From positions 1 through 40,032 of the forward strand of contig CALKCX010000007.1 in NCBI GenBank assembly GCA_938083015.1: DNA of 40,032 nt. Reading direction: 5' to 3'. This DNA comes from an uncultured Candidatus Micrarchaeota archaeon (GTDB lineage Archaea > Micrarchaeota > Micrarchaeia > Anstonellales > J096). Positions 8,468 to 18,122 of this stretch are shown here, in pieces; position 1 is the stretch's first letter; each line of letters opens with the position of its first letter. Both the position numbers and the translations under genes were made by a program. Below the pieces are notes generated by a model. That model was not told where the DNA came from and did not search any database. It was given only the letters and a program-made list of their open reading frames with translations.

Positions 8468-9622
8468 TCAATTTACTTTCATATCTAATTCTAAACCATA
8501 CAATATTACTGGTGGTTGTCTCTTAGTTGCACAAGGAGACAGAATTGTACTACATCGCTCAGTCATATTTACTAAACCAGCTACATATACCCAAGAATTC
8601 ATAGAATTGGAATTAAGACCTAAAGCATCATCTATATATTTATGATCTCCAATTGATATTAGGCCCATTTCAAATCCCCTATCTGTTACTGGTGGACAAC
8701 ATATCATATAGGTACCAGTTCTAAATAATCTCATTCTTCTAATGTTTATTCCGACATACCAATCTGGAGTTGTTTTTGATATATATTCTGATATCTCCAT
8801 TTTAGCTTTATTGTAATCTTTTGTATCGTGTGCTCTTATTCCTGTTAATACGTGTTGTTTCCAATTACCTAAGTCAATTACATAAATTGGCAATAATTCT
8901 AATCTATGAGTTTCTTTAGAAATCTGTTCGTAATAAACTACAATTTGAAGATTTAATATATTTGAAATAACACCTCCTGGTCCGTCTTTTTCAATATATT
9001 CATTATCTGAAGGATTAGCTTTCTTATATTCTATAAATTGCTGAATTATTCTACCTGTTTCAGAATTAACAGGTACTTTTGTATCACCATTATTGAAAAC
9101 TAAGCGTGGAATCTGAAAATAGACACTTCTAGTTCCCATTGACCTTCCAACACAATCCATTTTAACTTTATACATAAGATAATCAGGTTGACTAATAACC
9201 CAGTATTCTTGTCCATCTATAGTTTCTCTAGTTACTTTTACACTAACAAGTCTATAACCAGAAGCTTTGATCATACTAGTAGGTTCTCGATACATTGGTT
9301 TACCTGTTATTAAATGTGAACTATTGCCAGGTTCATTTGTATCAGGACCAGTTGTGTATAAGTATAATTTATCCATAGTACTAACAGTAAGACGACCAGT
9401 TTCAAATGTACATATTCTACTAGTTAATATACCACAGCTATTGAATGATATTAAAAAAGATATACCAGTTGCTAATAAAAAAGCTCTGTAATATTGTTGT
9501 AAATTAGATGCAGCTTTATCTATTACTGATTTAACTCTTTCTCTAAAGCTCATAGATGGTCTGGTATTCAATTCAAGTTTCTGTTCTTTCTCTATTTCAT
9601 TTTGAAGTTGATTGAACTTCAT
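8468..9622 (-). CDS. Hypothetical membrane-anchored/exported protein
   Basis: Long ORF; probable start MKFNQ at 9622 (track starts at 9655). Hydrophobic segment AFLLATGISFLISFNSC followed by a beta-rich Cys-containing region. Confidence 0.7.
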   Translation of the reverse strand: MKFNQLQNEIEKEQKLELNTRPSMSFRERVKSVIDKAASNLQQYYRAFLLATGISFLISFNSCGILTSRICTFETGRLTVSTMDKLYLYTTGPDTNEPGNSSHLITGKPMYREPTSMIKASGYRLVSVKVTRETIDGQEYWVISQPDYLMYKVKMDCVGRSMGTRSVYFQIPRLVFNNGDTKVPVNSETGRIIQQFIEYKKANPSDNEYIEKDGPGGVISNILNLQIVVYYEQISKETHRLELLPIYVIDLGNWKQHVLTGIRAHDTKDYNKAKMEISEYISKTTPDWYVGINIRRMRLFRTGTYMICCPPVTDRGFEMGLISIGDHKYIDDALGLNSNSMNSWVYVAGLVNMTERCSTILSPCATKRQPPVILYGLELDMKVN

Positions 9623-9727
9623 ATAAATTATTAAGCGAAAGATATTAAAAAACATTTACTATTATTTATTATATGCATATAGTATGGTTTTTACAAGAAA
9701 CGCTGTTGTTATTTGAAGGTATGAAAA

Positions 9728-10159
9728 ATGAACGTCAATAACATAGATATAGAATTAAGATATAATAATATATTTATAGTATCCAAGATAGAGGATCAAA
9801 ACATTGTAATGCTATTTAAAAACATCGTCCTTAAAGCTATTAGAGATCTGTATTATGAAAAATATTCATTTATAAAATATCCTAGAACAAAAGAGGAAAT
9901 TAGAAAATTATTTGAAGAAATATTTAATGGATCTAGAGATAAATTAATTGAAATTGTTGCAGATCAAATTCAGATAATAAAAAGTCTATTGGAAAAGTCA
10001 AATGAAATAATCTATGGTGAAGCAAAGTATACTATAGAAGATCACAATAGAAAGAAGCTATTAAAACTAATATCAGATAGGAATTTATTCATAAGAATAT
10101 TTGATCATGTAATTTTTCCATTTGTTAAAATCAAACAGAAAGATAAGCTTAAGAACTAG
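9728..10159 (+). CDS. Hypothetical protein
   Basis: 143-aa ORF, AAGGT SD-like just upstream; no motif; start uncertain. Confidence 0.55.
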   Translation: MNVNNIDIELRYNNIFIVSKIEDQNIVMLFKNIVLKAIRDLYYEKYSFIKYPRTKEEIRKLFEEIFNGSRDKLIEIVADQIQIIKSLLEKSNEIIYGEAKYTIEDHNRKKLLKLISDRNLFIRIFDHVIFPFVKIKQKDKLKN

Positions 10160-11177
10160 CCATTATTAGAGATTCTCTTATTCTATAGATTTTTCCATCT
10201 ATTTTAGTATTCCTATTCACATATTCAACTATTTTAACATCTTTAAACCCGACTTTTTCCATCAATTTCATCAACTCTAAATCTATTTCATAGTAAACTC
10301 CATTGATAATAGAATTGGATACGTTGTAAAATAAAATTCCCCCTTTGAGTATATCGTAGAATCTATAGAATAATTCCAGAGATTCTTCTAAATATTTCTG
10401 CTTAATAGGCAATATTCCTGTTCCATCGGTTTTAGATTTTATAAAAGATGTCATCATCCTTCCACGAATTATACGATAATCTTGATTTAAAGTAGTTAAA
10501 GCTAATTCTACACCATATATTTTCGTATAATCTATGTTATTTAAATATGGAGGAGACGTAATTATTATATCTACTGGTTTATCAAATTCAAATGCAGATT
10601 TCATCTCTAATTCTGGTTTTACACCTTCTATTTTTTCATCTATCATTCTAGAAAAATGCTTTTTAAATCTATTAAATAAATTCGGAGTTGGCCTAGGTCT
10701 TATTTTAATCACGCCCCCGTCTTTATATATGTATGAACTTTCCATTGCAGCTCTAATCAAAGCTAATAAATGTAATTCAGTTTTATTCTCTACCCAATAT
10801 CTAAGACGTTTAAGAATATCGTAATTTGTCTTAGAGAAAGCTCTAGAAAGGGGAAATAGTTCGAAATATATGTCAACTTCACCATCAATCTTATCAAGAG
10901 AAGGAATATCGTATTCTAAATTCCAATCATTTGTCTTAACATAACTAAGTAAGTATGCAAATGGAGACACATCAGTACCATAAGATTTTATACCTAATTC
11001 TTTAGATCTAAGCAAAGTAGTACCACTTCCCATAAAAGGATCGCCGATATAATTTACATCTATCTTAGTCTTAGCTAGACTTAAACATCTATCTACAAGT
11101 CTCCAAGAGAAACCTTCTTTATAAGGGTACCAATTATATACAGGTCTAATTAGATTATCTCGATAGTTAAATAGCAT
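10149..11177 (-). CDS. Site-specific DNA amino-methyltransferase (N4-C/N6-A family, SPPY type), apparently orphan
   Basis: WYPYKEGFS, DPFMGSGTT (SAM motif I) before TSPPYLN (motif IV). Start placed at MLFNY (11177) to avoid overlap with the divergent gene. Confidence 0.85.
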   Translation of the reverse strand: MLFNYRDNLIRPVYNWYPYKEGFSWRLVDRCLSLAKTKIDVNYIGDPFMGSGTTLLRSKELGIKSYGTDVSPFAYLLSYVKTNDWNLEYDIPSLDKIDGEVDIYFELFPLSRAFSKTNYDILKRLRYWVENKTELHLLALIRAAMESSYIYKDGGVIKIRPRPTPNLFNRFKKHFSRMIDEKIEGVKPELEMKSAFEFDKPVDIIITSPPYLNNIDYTKIYGVELALTTLNQDYRIIRGRMMTSFIKSKTDGTGILPIKQKYLEESLELFYRFYDILKGGILFYNVSNSIINGVYYEIDLELMKLMEKVGFKDVKIVEYVNRNTKIDGKIYRIRESLIMASS

Positions 11178-11210
11178 ATGTTTAAAAAACAGTATAGTTA
11201 TAAATAGATT

Positions 11211-11897
11211 ATGGAACATGAGATAAAGAATCTTGGTCATACAGAGATATTAGTAGTTAAAATGCAAAAAGGAGAAGACATTTTCGTACAACCTGGATCT
11301 TTAGTAGCTAGTAAAGGTAAAGTAATTATCAAAGTTGAGAAAATGGCCAAATCTATAGTTGATTCTATTACAGCATTTGTAGCTGGTGACGAATCTTTTG
11401 TAAAAAATAGAATAAGTGCATTAGATAATGTAGAATTGATAATAGCTGGTAATCACAGTGGAGCTATAGTTGAGATAGATGTAAAAAACGGTCAAGGGTA
11501 TTATCTTGCAGATAGTTCTTATTTGGCACATATTGGAGATTTAGATATTAATTATCAAATATCCGGTAGTTACATAACTGATGTGATAAAAAAGACTATA
11601 AGTAGTAATGTCGGATTGTTAATAGGAAAGATAAGTGGTAATGGTAAATTATTTTTAGAAGCTGATGGGGGCGCTGTATTGTATAATTTAGGTGAAGGAG
11701 AAATTTTAATAGTAGACAATTATAATTTCTTGGCCACTGATATAGATTGGAGAGAAAACGTAACTATGATAGATACGAATGCTGATCTTAAGACTAAACT
11801 TCTATCAGGAGAAGGGTGGATGTTACAATTCAAAGGACCAGGAAGAGTTTGGATAAAAGTAGGTGCATTTAGACCTAGACGTCTTAACCCTGCTTAG
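11211..11897 (+). CDS. AIM24 / TIGR00266 (DUF124) family protein
   Basis: QPGSLVA, AGDESFVKN, SSYLA, SGEGW..FKGPGRVWI. Confidence 0.85.
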   Translation: MEHEIKNLGHTEILVVKMQKGEDIFVQPGSLVASKGKVIIKVEKMAKSIVDSITAFVAGDESFVKNRISALDNVELIIAGNHSGAIVEIDVKNGQGYYLADSSYLAHIGDLDINYQISGSYITDVIKKTISSNVGLLIGKISGNGKLFLEADGGAVLYNLGEGEILIVDNYNFLATDIDWRENVTMIDTNADLKTKLLSGEGWMLQFKGPGRVWIKVGAFRPRRLNPA

Positions 11898-12828
11898 CTA
11901 TAAAATTTATAATATCGATAAACACATCAATTATATTTTCAGTAATCTCTATTCTTCCCCCTATACCTCCATAATGTGCTCCAAATTCCGCATTAATACC
12001 TTTTCTCTTAAAGTATTCATTTATAATCTCGGCCACATGATAATTATTGTAAATTGTTCTTATCGAAAACTTATAATGTTTTCCCGTTCTTGATAAGACA
12101 ATAGTATTAGGATTAAAATTATTAGCTAAATATCCTGTTTGATGGTTTGGTTCAACAATTAAAATAGACCAATCTTTATATATGTGCCTACTTATTATCG
12201 CCGGTTTGACCATAGTTATCATATTTAACTTTTGATCAAGTAAATCGTATAAAGGTTTTGCTTCTTTATAATCAATACCTGGTCTAAGATATGGCGGGAT
12301 ATCTGCTAATAAAGAAGCTTTTACAAGATCTTTTATTATATTCATATTTTTCTCATCTAGATTTGATAATTCACCTGTATTGGTCAAAAGGATATAGATT
12401 AAGTAACTAGTACTTGGTGATGGTAAAACTATATGTCCATGAATTTTAAGCTGTCTATGATTACTATAAGCTATGTGATGATCAATTATCAATCTTGGAT
12501 TTCTAGATGTTGTCGATCTACTAGGTATTGTATCTAAGATTACTACTTCGAAATCCTTTTCTTCTTTGTTATGAAAATGCCAATTCTGCCCATTGTATTC
12601 TATAGTTTTAACATTTAAGCTATCGTCAATGACCATTCTTACTTCTCTTTTTCTTAATCTCAATATTAAACTTAATATCATCATTGATGTTATTGCATCT
12701 ATATCTGGAACTCGATGAGTATGAATTTCTATTTTGGATTTATCTTGTAAAACTCTTTTAAAAGTATCTATTTGTTTCTGAGAAGGAGAGACTTTAAAAA
12801 AATCGAAATTATTGATAAATACCACCAA
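11884..12828 (-). CDS. DHH/DHHA1 family phosphoesterase (NrnA-like)
   Basis: HTHRVPDIDA, VILDT, IIDHH, PSTS, C-terminal FSIRT...FGAHYGGIGG. Confidence 0.85.
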   Translation of the reverse strand: MVVFINNFDFFKVSPSQKQIDTFKRVLQDKSKIEIHTHRVPDIDAITSMMILSLILRLRKREVRMVIDDSLNVKTIEYNGQNWHFHNKEEKDFEVVILDTIPSRSTTSRNPRLIIDHHIAYSNHRQLKIHGHIVLPSPSTSYLIYILLTNTGELSNLDEKNMNIIKDLVKASLLADIPPYLRPGIDYKEAKPLYDLLDQKLNMITMVKPAIISRHIYKDWSILIVEPNHQTGYLANNFNPNTIVLSRTGKHYKFSIRTIYNNYHVAEIINEYFKRKGINAEFGAHYGGIGGRIEITENIIDVFIDIINFIAKQG

Positions 12829-12834
12829 ATATTT

Positions 12835-13173
12835 TTATGCTCCTTTTAGCTCTTGCTCAAGAACAGATCTTAATCTTTCTAAGCTCTCACCTTTAACTTT
12901 TATCTGTCCTTCTAGCTCTTTTAATTTATTGTCTAATAGGTTTTTTAGATTCTGTAATTCTTTGACCACATCTTCTTTCTCTCGCTCTACCATTATAGAG
13001 CCATATATTTTATATACTTTATCTCCTTGATAATCTTTTAGGACTTCTAGACTTCTATCTAATTCCATAGATTGATATTTAAGTTGCTCAGCAAAATCTA
13101 TCATACCTCTTAATTCAGCTTCTCTCTTTTGATACTCTACAACCTTTTCCTCTAATTTAGCTCTGTCTATCAT
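12835..13173 (-). CDS. pfdB: Prefoldin beta subunit
   Basis: Coiled coils flanking the DKVYKIYGSIMVE hairpin; 112 aa. Confidence 0.88.
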   Translation of the reverse strand: MIDRAKLEEKVVEYQKREAELRGMIDFAEQLKYQSMELDRSLEVLKDYQGDKVYKIYGSIMVEREKEDVVKELQNLKNLLDNKLKELEGQIKVKGESLERLRSVLEQELKGA

Positions 13174-13192
13174 AATAGTTTAATGAACTTAA

Positions 13193-13768
13193 TTATTTAA
13201 ATACTTTTTCATGATTACTCTTGACGAATGAAGATAATCCTTGATTAGATTTTGAATAATCTAACATATAACCAAATCTATAGAATGGGTGTCTTGCAAT
13301 AACTCTGCTTATTCTAATTAGTTTTAGATATATATCGTATATATCAGAAGGATCTATATCATCAGGAATGGTATCTATAATACGATAGACGTTGTTGGCC
13401 ATAAGATTGTAAACTTCTCTAAGAATAGATTCGTCTTTATTAGCATCGTATTTATTCAATAATCGGTCAATTTCATTCATCTTATCTGTAAGTAATTTAA
13501 AATTAATCAAAGATTGATAAAACTCTGGCCATGTTTTAAGATGTATATGAAGTTTCGATAAATACTCATGATATGCATCGTGACAACCTCTACATAAACA
13601 TATTAGATTAGAATGACTATCAGAACCACCTCTAGATCTAGGTAAGATGTGGTGTAATGTAAGCATCTTATACCATGTTTTATTCAATCTAGTTTCGTGT
13701 CCATTGTTGCATATGAAGCATTCTGTGTATACTTGCTTTACTTCTTCTCTTATAGTCTTGTTATTCAT
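13193..13768 (-). CDS. HNH endonuclease domain protein
   Basis: CFIC...TLHHILPRSRGGSDSHSNLICLCRGCH, followed by a ~100-aa helical C-terminal region. Confidence 0.88.
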   Translation of the reverse strand: MNNKTIREEVKQVYTECFICNNGHETRLNKTWYKMLTLHHILPRSRGGSDSHSNLICLCRGCHDAYHEYLSKLHIHLKTWPEFYQSLINFKLLTDKMNEIDRLLNKYDANKDESILREVYNLMANNVYRIIDTIPDDIDPSDIYDIYLKLIRISRVIARHPFYRFGYMLDYSKSNQGLSSFVKSNHEKVFK

Positions 13769-15846
13769 ATTGTCTCTGTTTTAGGTAAAGATATGGAAGA
13801 AGCTTGTTTAAGATTAGTTTCTATGTATTTTCTAAACATTTCAACAACTTCTCTTTTCTTAGGGTGTTCATCTAAAGCGTATTCTAATACTTCATCAAAA
13901 GTTTCAACCAATATTATTCGATCGTTTTTATATTGTATATCCTGTTCTAATACTTTAGGTACTATTACGTAAGATATGTTTGCATCCATTGCTGCAGCTA
14001 TCTTTTGATTAATGCCTCCGACTGCCAATACCCTTCCTTTTAAATCTAATGAACCTGTCATAGCAATATCTTGTCTTATAGGTATTTTAGTAATAGAAGA
14101 AACAATTCCTGTTGATATCGATATTGAAGCTGAGTCTCCTTCGGTATTGTAACTTTGTACAAACTCTATATGAATATCGTAACTATTTATCTTAGGCCCC
14201 ATAACACTTTTAAGAAAACCTAAAATTATATCAATTGATTCTTTTGCTATCTCTCCTAGACCACCACTTGCATAGACATTTCCCTTTTTATTAGTCTTAA
14301 TAGTAGCTATTTCTATAGGTAATACTATACCTTTAACAGGATAACCTAATGTATCTGTCATAACAGCTAATCCGTTTACCATACCAACTACTTTACCATT
14401 ATTATAGAATCTTTTATATCTCTTTATGTTTTCTACGTATTTAGCAATCATCTGTTCTTCGACAGTTCTCATCTTACTCTTGGCCATTTTTACATGTTCA
14501 GCAGATACATAAGTAGCTCCGTCTCTTTTAGCAAGATCTCCAGCTTCTCTAACTATTCCTCCAAGTTCTCTTAATCTTAATGTCAAATACCCTCCTTTGC
14601 CGGCCATCTCTTGTGCAATCTTTATTATCTCTTCAACGGCCTCTTTAGTAAAATGTGGTATTTTTCCATCTTTCTTTACTTCTTGTGCTACGAATATTGC
14701 AATTTTATATCTGTTATCAGGAGTATCTTCCATTTCATCATCCATGTATATCTCATACCCTTCTCCTCTTATTCTACTTCTTAAAGCAGGATGAATATGA
14801 TTTACATCTTTATAATTACCAGCAGCTACTAATACAAAATCGGTAGGTCCAGGATGGGTTTTAACTAATGCTCCAGAAGAATTTTCACTTTGACCTGTTA
14901 TTGAAAATTGTTTTTCTTGCATTGCAGTCAATATTTTTTGCTGTTGATCTAAAGACAATGTAGCTATTTCATCTATAAATAAAACACCTTTGTTTGCCTT
15001 ATGTATTGCTCCAGCTTCTACTCTAAGATGTGCAGGTGTACCTAACCCACCACTTTGAAAAGGATCGTGTTTAACATCTCCTAATAATGCTCCTGCTTTA
15101 GCACCAGTAGCATCTATAAATGGAGCAGAGAGTTTACCAGTATTATCTACTATAAGCTTAGGTGCATTAGATTGAAATGAAGGCATTCTAGTTATAGTAC
15201 CAAAATTTCTAAAGAATGGAAATACAATATAATTTAATATTATAAATGCTAGACCAGCAGTAACAAGAAATGCTAATGGATTCTTAAGCTCATTTGATCC
15301 TAGATAACCTATAAGTAATGAACTTATCAAAGCTGTTAACGTATCTGGTGTTTTTCTTTTAGGAGTAGTTACATCGTAATTGATGTTTTGAAGTTTTGCA
15401 TAGTATTCAATTATTCTTCTACCAAGACCTCTTTTATCTGTAAGATAAATAGGTATTAGTTTGGCCTTACCTTCTCTTGTCAATTTTTCTATTAGACTTA
15501 ATTCTTTAGGCGAATAATATATTGAAAGATTATTCCTTATAATATAATCGTAATCAGGATATGTTTTTACGGCCTTTATATAAGGTTCGTTTTCAATAAC
15601 AGGATTTGGGTATACAAGAATATCTTCTAATTCTTCTGTATTATCTAATAGCTCGGCCATTGCCTTAGCTAACATACTTTTACCAGTACCAGGTGAACCT
15701 ATTAATAACACGTGTCTTCTCTGCTTACTGGCCAATCTTATAAGCTCTTTTGCTCTCTCTTGTCCAATAACTTGGTCTATTAATCTATCTGGAATTTTTA
15801 TTTCTTCTGTAGTTTTAAAATCAAAGCTGTTCATATCTAATCCCAT
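13765..15846 (-). CDS. lonB: Archaeal Lon protease LonB (membrane-anchored)
   Basis: DQVIGQE, GSPGTGKS, two TM helices, GDVKHDPFQSGG, LFIDEI, EGDSAS and GGINQK Ser-Lys dyad. Confidence 0.95.
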   Translation of the reverse strand: MGLDMNSFDFKTTEEIKIPDRLIDQVIGQERAKELIRLASKQRRHVLLIGSPGTGKSMLAKAMAELLDNTEELEDILVYPNPVIENEPYIKAVKTYPDYDYIIRNNLSIYYSPKELSLIEKLTREGKAKLIPIYLTDKRGLGRRIIEYYAKLQNINYDVTTPKRKTPDTLTALISSLLIGYLGSNELKNPLAFLVTAGLAFIILNYIVFPFFRNFGTITRMPSFQSNAPKLIVDNTGKLSAPFIDATGAKAGALLGDVKHDPFQSGGLGTPAHLRVEAGAIHKANKGVLFIDEIATLSLDQQQKILTAMQEKQFSITGQSENSSGALVKTHPGPTDFVLVAAGNYKDVNHIHPALRSRIRGEGYEIYMDDEMEDTPDNRYKIAIFVAQEVKKDGKIPHFTKEAVEEIIKIAQEMAGKGGYLTLRLRELGGIVREAGDLAKRDGATYVSAEHVKMAKSKMRTVEEQMIAKYVENIKRYKRFYNNGKVVGMVNGLAVMTDTLGYPVKGIVLPIEIATIKTNKKGNVYASGGLGEIAKESIDIILGFLKSVMGPKINSYDIHIEFVQSYNTEGDSASISISTGIVSSITKIPIRQDIAMTGSLDLKGRVLAVGGINQKIAAAMDANISYVIVPKVLEQDIQYKNDRIILVETFDEVLEYALDEHPKKREVVEMFRKYIETNLKQASSISLPKTETI

Positions 15847-16360
15847 AATATTGAATAAGTGTTTTTAAAAGTTGTTTTTTCTCTTCATCACCATCTATAA
15901 TTAAGCGATCGTTTTCTTTCTTGATTTCAAGACCTAGATTATGATAATTGTTTATTTCAATTATAGCTTCTTCTGGATTCTCTATTTTACCAAATATCTC
16001 AACGTCTATATCTAATGTTAGACCTGCTAATGGATGATTATGATCTATCATTACTCTACCAGAATTAACAGATATTACTTTGCCTTTTAGATTATTTACA
16101 ATTACAATTGCCCCACGTACAATATTTTTAACATCATCTCCGAATATTCTTATAGGATAAACTTTAATTAATCTTGGATCTCTATGACCAAATGCATGCT
16201 CAGGATCTAATTTCATGCTAATCTTATTGGCCTTTGTTAATTCGTATTCTTCAGTTATCTTACTTAACATCAATTGATTACCTATTTCATAATCATTTTC
16301 AGTCTTATATAGGATGTTACCATAAATATCTCTTATCTCTATTTTATACTTATACAACAT
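15821..16360 (-). CDS. slyD: FKBP-type peptidyl-prolyl isomerase (SlyD/long archaeal FKBP)
   Basis: PEHAFGHRDP, GKVISVNSGRVMIDHNHPLAG. Confidence 0.85.
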   Translation of the reverse strand: MLYKYKIEIRDIYGNILYKTENDYEIGNQLMLSKITEEYELTKANKISMKLDPEHAFGHRDPRLIKVYPIRIFGDDVKNIVRGAIVIVNNLKGKVISVNSGRVMIDHNHPLAGLTLDIDVEIFGKIENPEEAIIEINNYHNLGLEIKKENDRLIIDGDEEKKQLLKTLIQYYGIRYEQL

Positions 16361-16395
16361 GCTTTAAATATTTTTAACATCATTTTAAAAACTAT

Positions 16396-17313
16396 ATGAA
16401 CAGATTGTTATGGATAGTCATAATCTTAGGTGGAATACTATTATTATCGGAAGCTTTGTTATGGTTATCTATGTCTCCATCGAGAAGTAATGGAAGGCCC
16501 GAATATATAGAGATTGATAATCCATTAGAATTTCGATTTGTATCGTCTAGCAATAATGTTAGATTGATTGGATCTAATGTTAGCAATTACGTTAGAGAAT
16601 TGTTAAAAAATTATTATAAATCGAATGATCAAGTTATAGGTTATTTAGAAGAAGGAAAGATGGATGAGCTTTTAGAGATAGCTAAAAAACACGGATTTAG
16701 AGTATATATTAAGACCATTTTTCAAGATAAAGATTATAATACTTCTATTGAATTGTATTTACCTTATCAGAATTTTACCAATAGGTATTTGGTATTAAAA
16801 GGACCAATGGTATACTTTCAAGGTAAAATCTACAGTAGAGATGGTGGAGACATAATTAGATATATAAATACTACTCAATATTATGGTGAAGATGAATTCT
16901 ATATAGATAAAATATTAGAGACTAGAAAACTATACGTGTTTTCATTTGAAAATAGAAGTAAATTAAACGAATACTCGAATGCAATTATATCAGATAGATG
17001 TGTTTTAAATAAGACTGTTGATTATAAGAAAGATTACGTATATAAACTAGATTTGAAGGCAATCTATGTTAATAGAAGTTTTAACGATATCAATAGAATA
17101 TATCAAGATTACCCTGTTATATCTTGTGACATAAGCTATATAGATCAACCTGTTAATAATCCGGATGAAATAGTTGAACAATATATTTTATTATTGACAA
17201 ATAACTTTGGTATAAGCCATATATATAATACGACTAATCTAAGTACTAGCTATAAATTGCCTGTTAGTTACACTATTAGCGGAAATGTTTTATTAGATTA
17301 CGAAATAGGATGA
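16396..17313 (+). CDS. Hypothetical membrane-anchored exported protein
   Basis: N-terminal TM helix; several N-x-S/T sequons; Tyr/Asn-rich. Confidence 0.7.
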   Translation: MNRLLWIVIILGGILLLSEALLWLSMSPSRSNGRPEYIEIDNPLEFRFVSSSNNVRLIGSNVSNYVRELLKNYYKSNDQVIGYLEEGKMDELLEIAKKHGFRVYIKTIFQDKDYNTSIELYLPYQNFTNRYLVLKGPMVYFQGKIYSRDGGDIIRYINTTQYYGEDEFYIDKILETRKLYVFSFENRSKLNEYSNAIISDRCVLNKTVDYKKDYVYKLDLKAIYVNRSFNDINRIYQDYPVISCDISYIDQPVNNPDEIVEQYILLLTNNFGISHIYNTTNLSTSYKLPVSYTISGNVLLDYEIG

Positions 17314-18122
17314 GGCCTCTTTATAGATTAGAATTCATATATTTGATTAGAGAACTTAAAATATTAGAAGGTCAAATATTGGATAATGTTTATAAATACA
17401 AAGATATTTATAGAATGAAATTTAGAAGACATTCTTTAAATATTCAAGTACCTATTAGATTGAATATAGCTTATATTCAATATCCTAATGATAAGCATGA
17501 TCAAGTAGTAATTAAGTTAAGAAAACATGTTGGAGAAAAACTATTAAACATCGAGCTTGTAGATATGGATAGATTGGTAAAAATGGTATTTGAGAATATG
17601 CAAATCTATATTGAATTCTTTGGTAAAGGTAATATTATTATAGATGATGGAGAGAAATTTTATACGAATTATCCTAATCCTGCTAAGACTAAACCAATAG
17701 ATACGATTAAACTAGATGATGTTGAAAAATATATATCAAATCTTTTTGGTAAACCTTATATTGAAGATTTAAAACATATAGTTACAGGTAATCCTATACA
17801 GGATTTAGATAGAATTCAACCTATGCTAGGCCCATATAGCTGTGGTAACGATTTTAGAGTGTTACCATCTAAAAATTGTATTATTCAAGATTCTCTTAGT
17901 AAGTTAATAGAACAATATTATGAATTAAAAATAGAATTGACATCAGATAGATATGAAAAATTAATAGCTAGTAAAACTAAATTGATAGCTGATATAGAAC
18001 AAGTAGAGAAACAGATTGAAGATTATCAGACTATGGCAAGACTTATAATAGATAATTACGAGAAAGTTGAAGATGAGATTCAGAAGAATAAGGATAAAGA
18101 TAAAATATTCTTAGATCTATGA
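17310..18122 (+). CDS. rqcH: Rqc2/RqcH (NFACT) homolog, N-terminal part only
   Basis: LRKH...MDRLV...YIEFFGKGNIII NFACT-N signature plus start of coiled coil; 270 aa. Confidence 0.75.
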   Translation: MRPLYRLEFIYLIRELKILEGQILDNVYKYKDIYRMKFRRHSLNIQVPIRLNIAYIQYPNDKHDQVVIKLRKHVGEKLLNIELVDMDRLVKMVFENMQIYIEFFGKGNIIIDDGEKFYTNYPNPAKTKPIDTIKLDDVEKYISNLFGKPYIEDLKHIVTGNPIQDLDRIQPMLGPYSCGNDFRVLPSKNCIIQDSLSKLIEQYYELKIELTSDRYEKLIASKTKLIADIEQVEKQIEDYQTMARLIIDNYEKVEDEIQKNKDKDKIFLDL

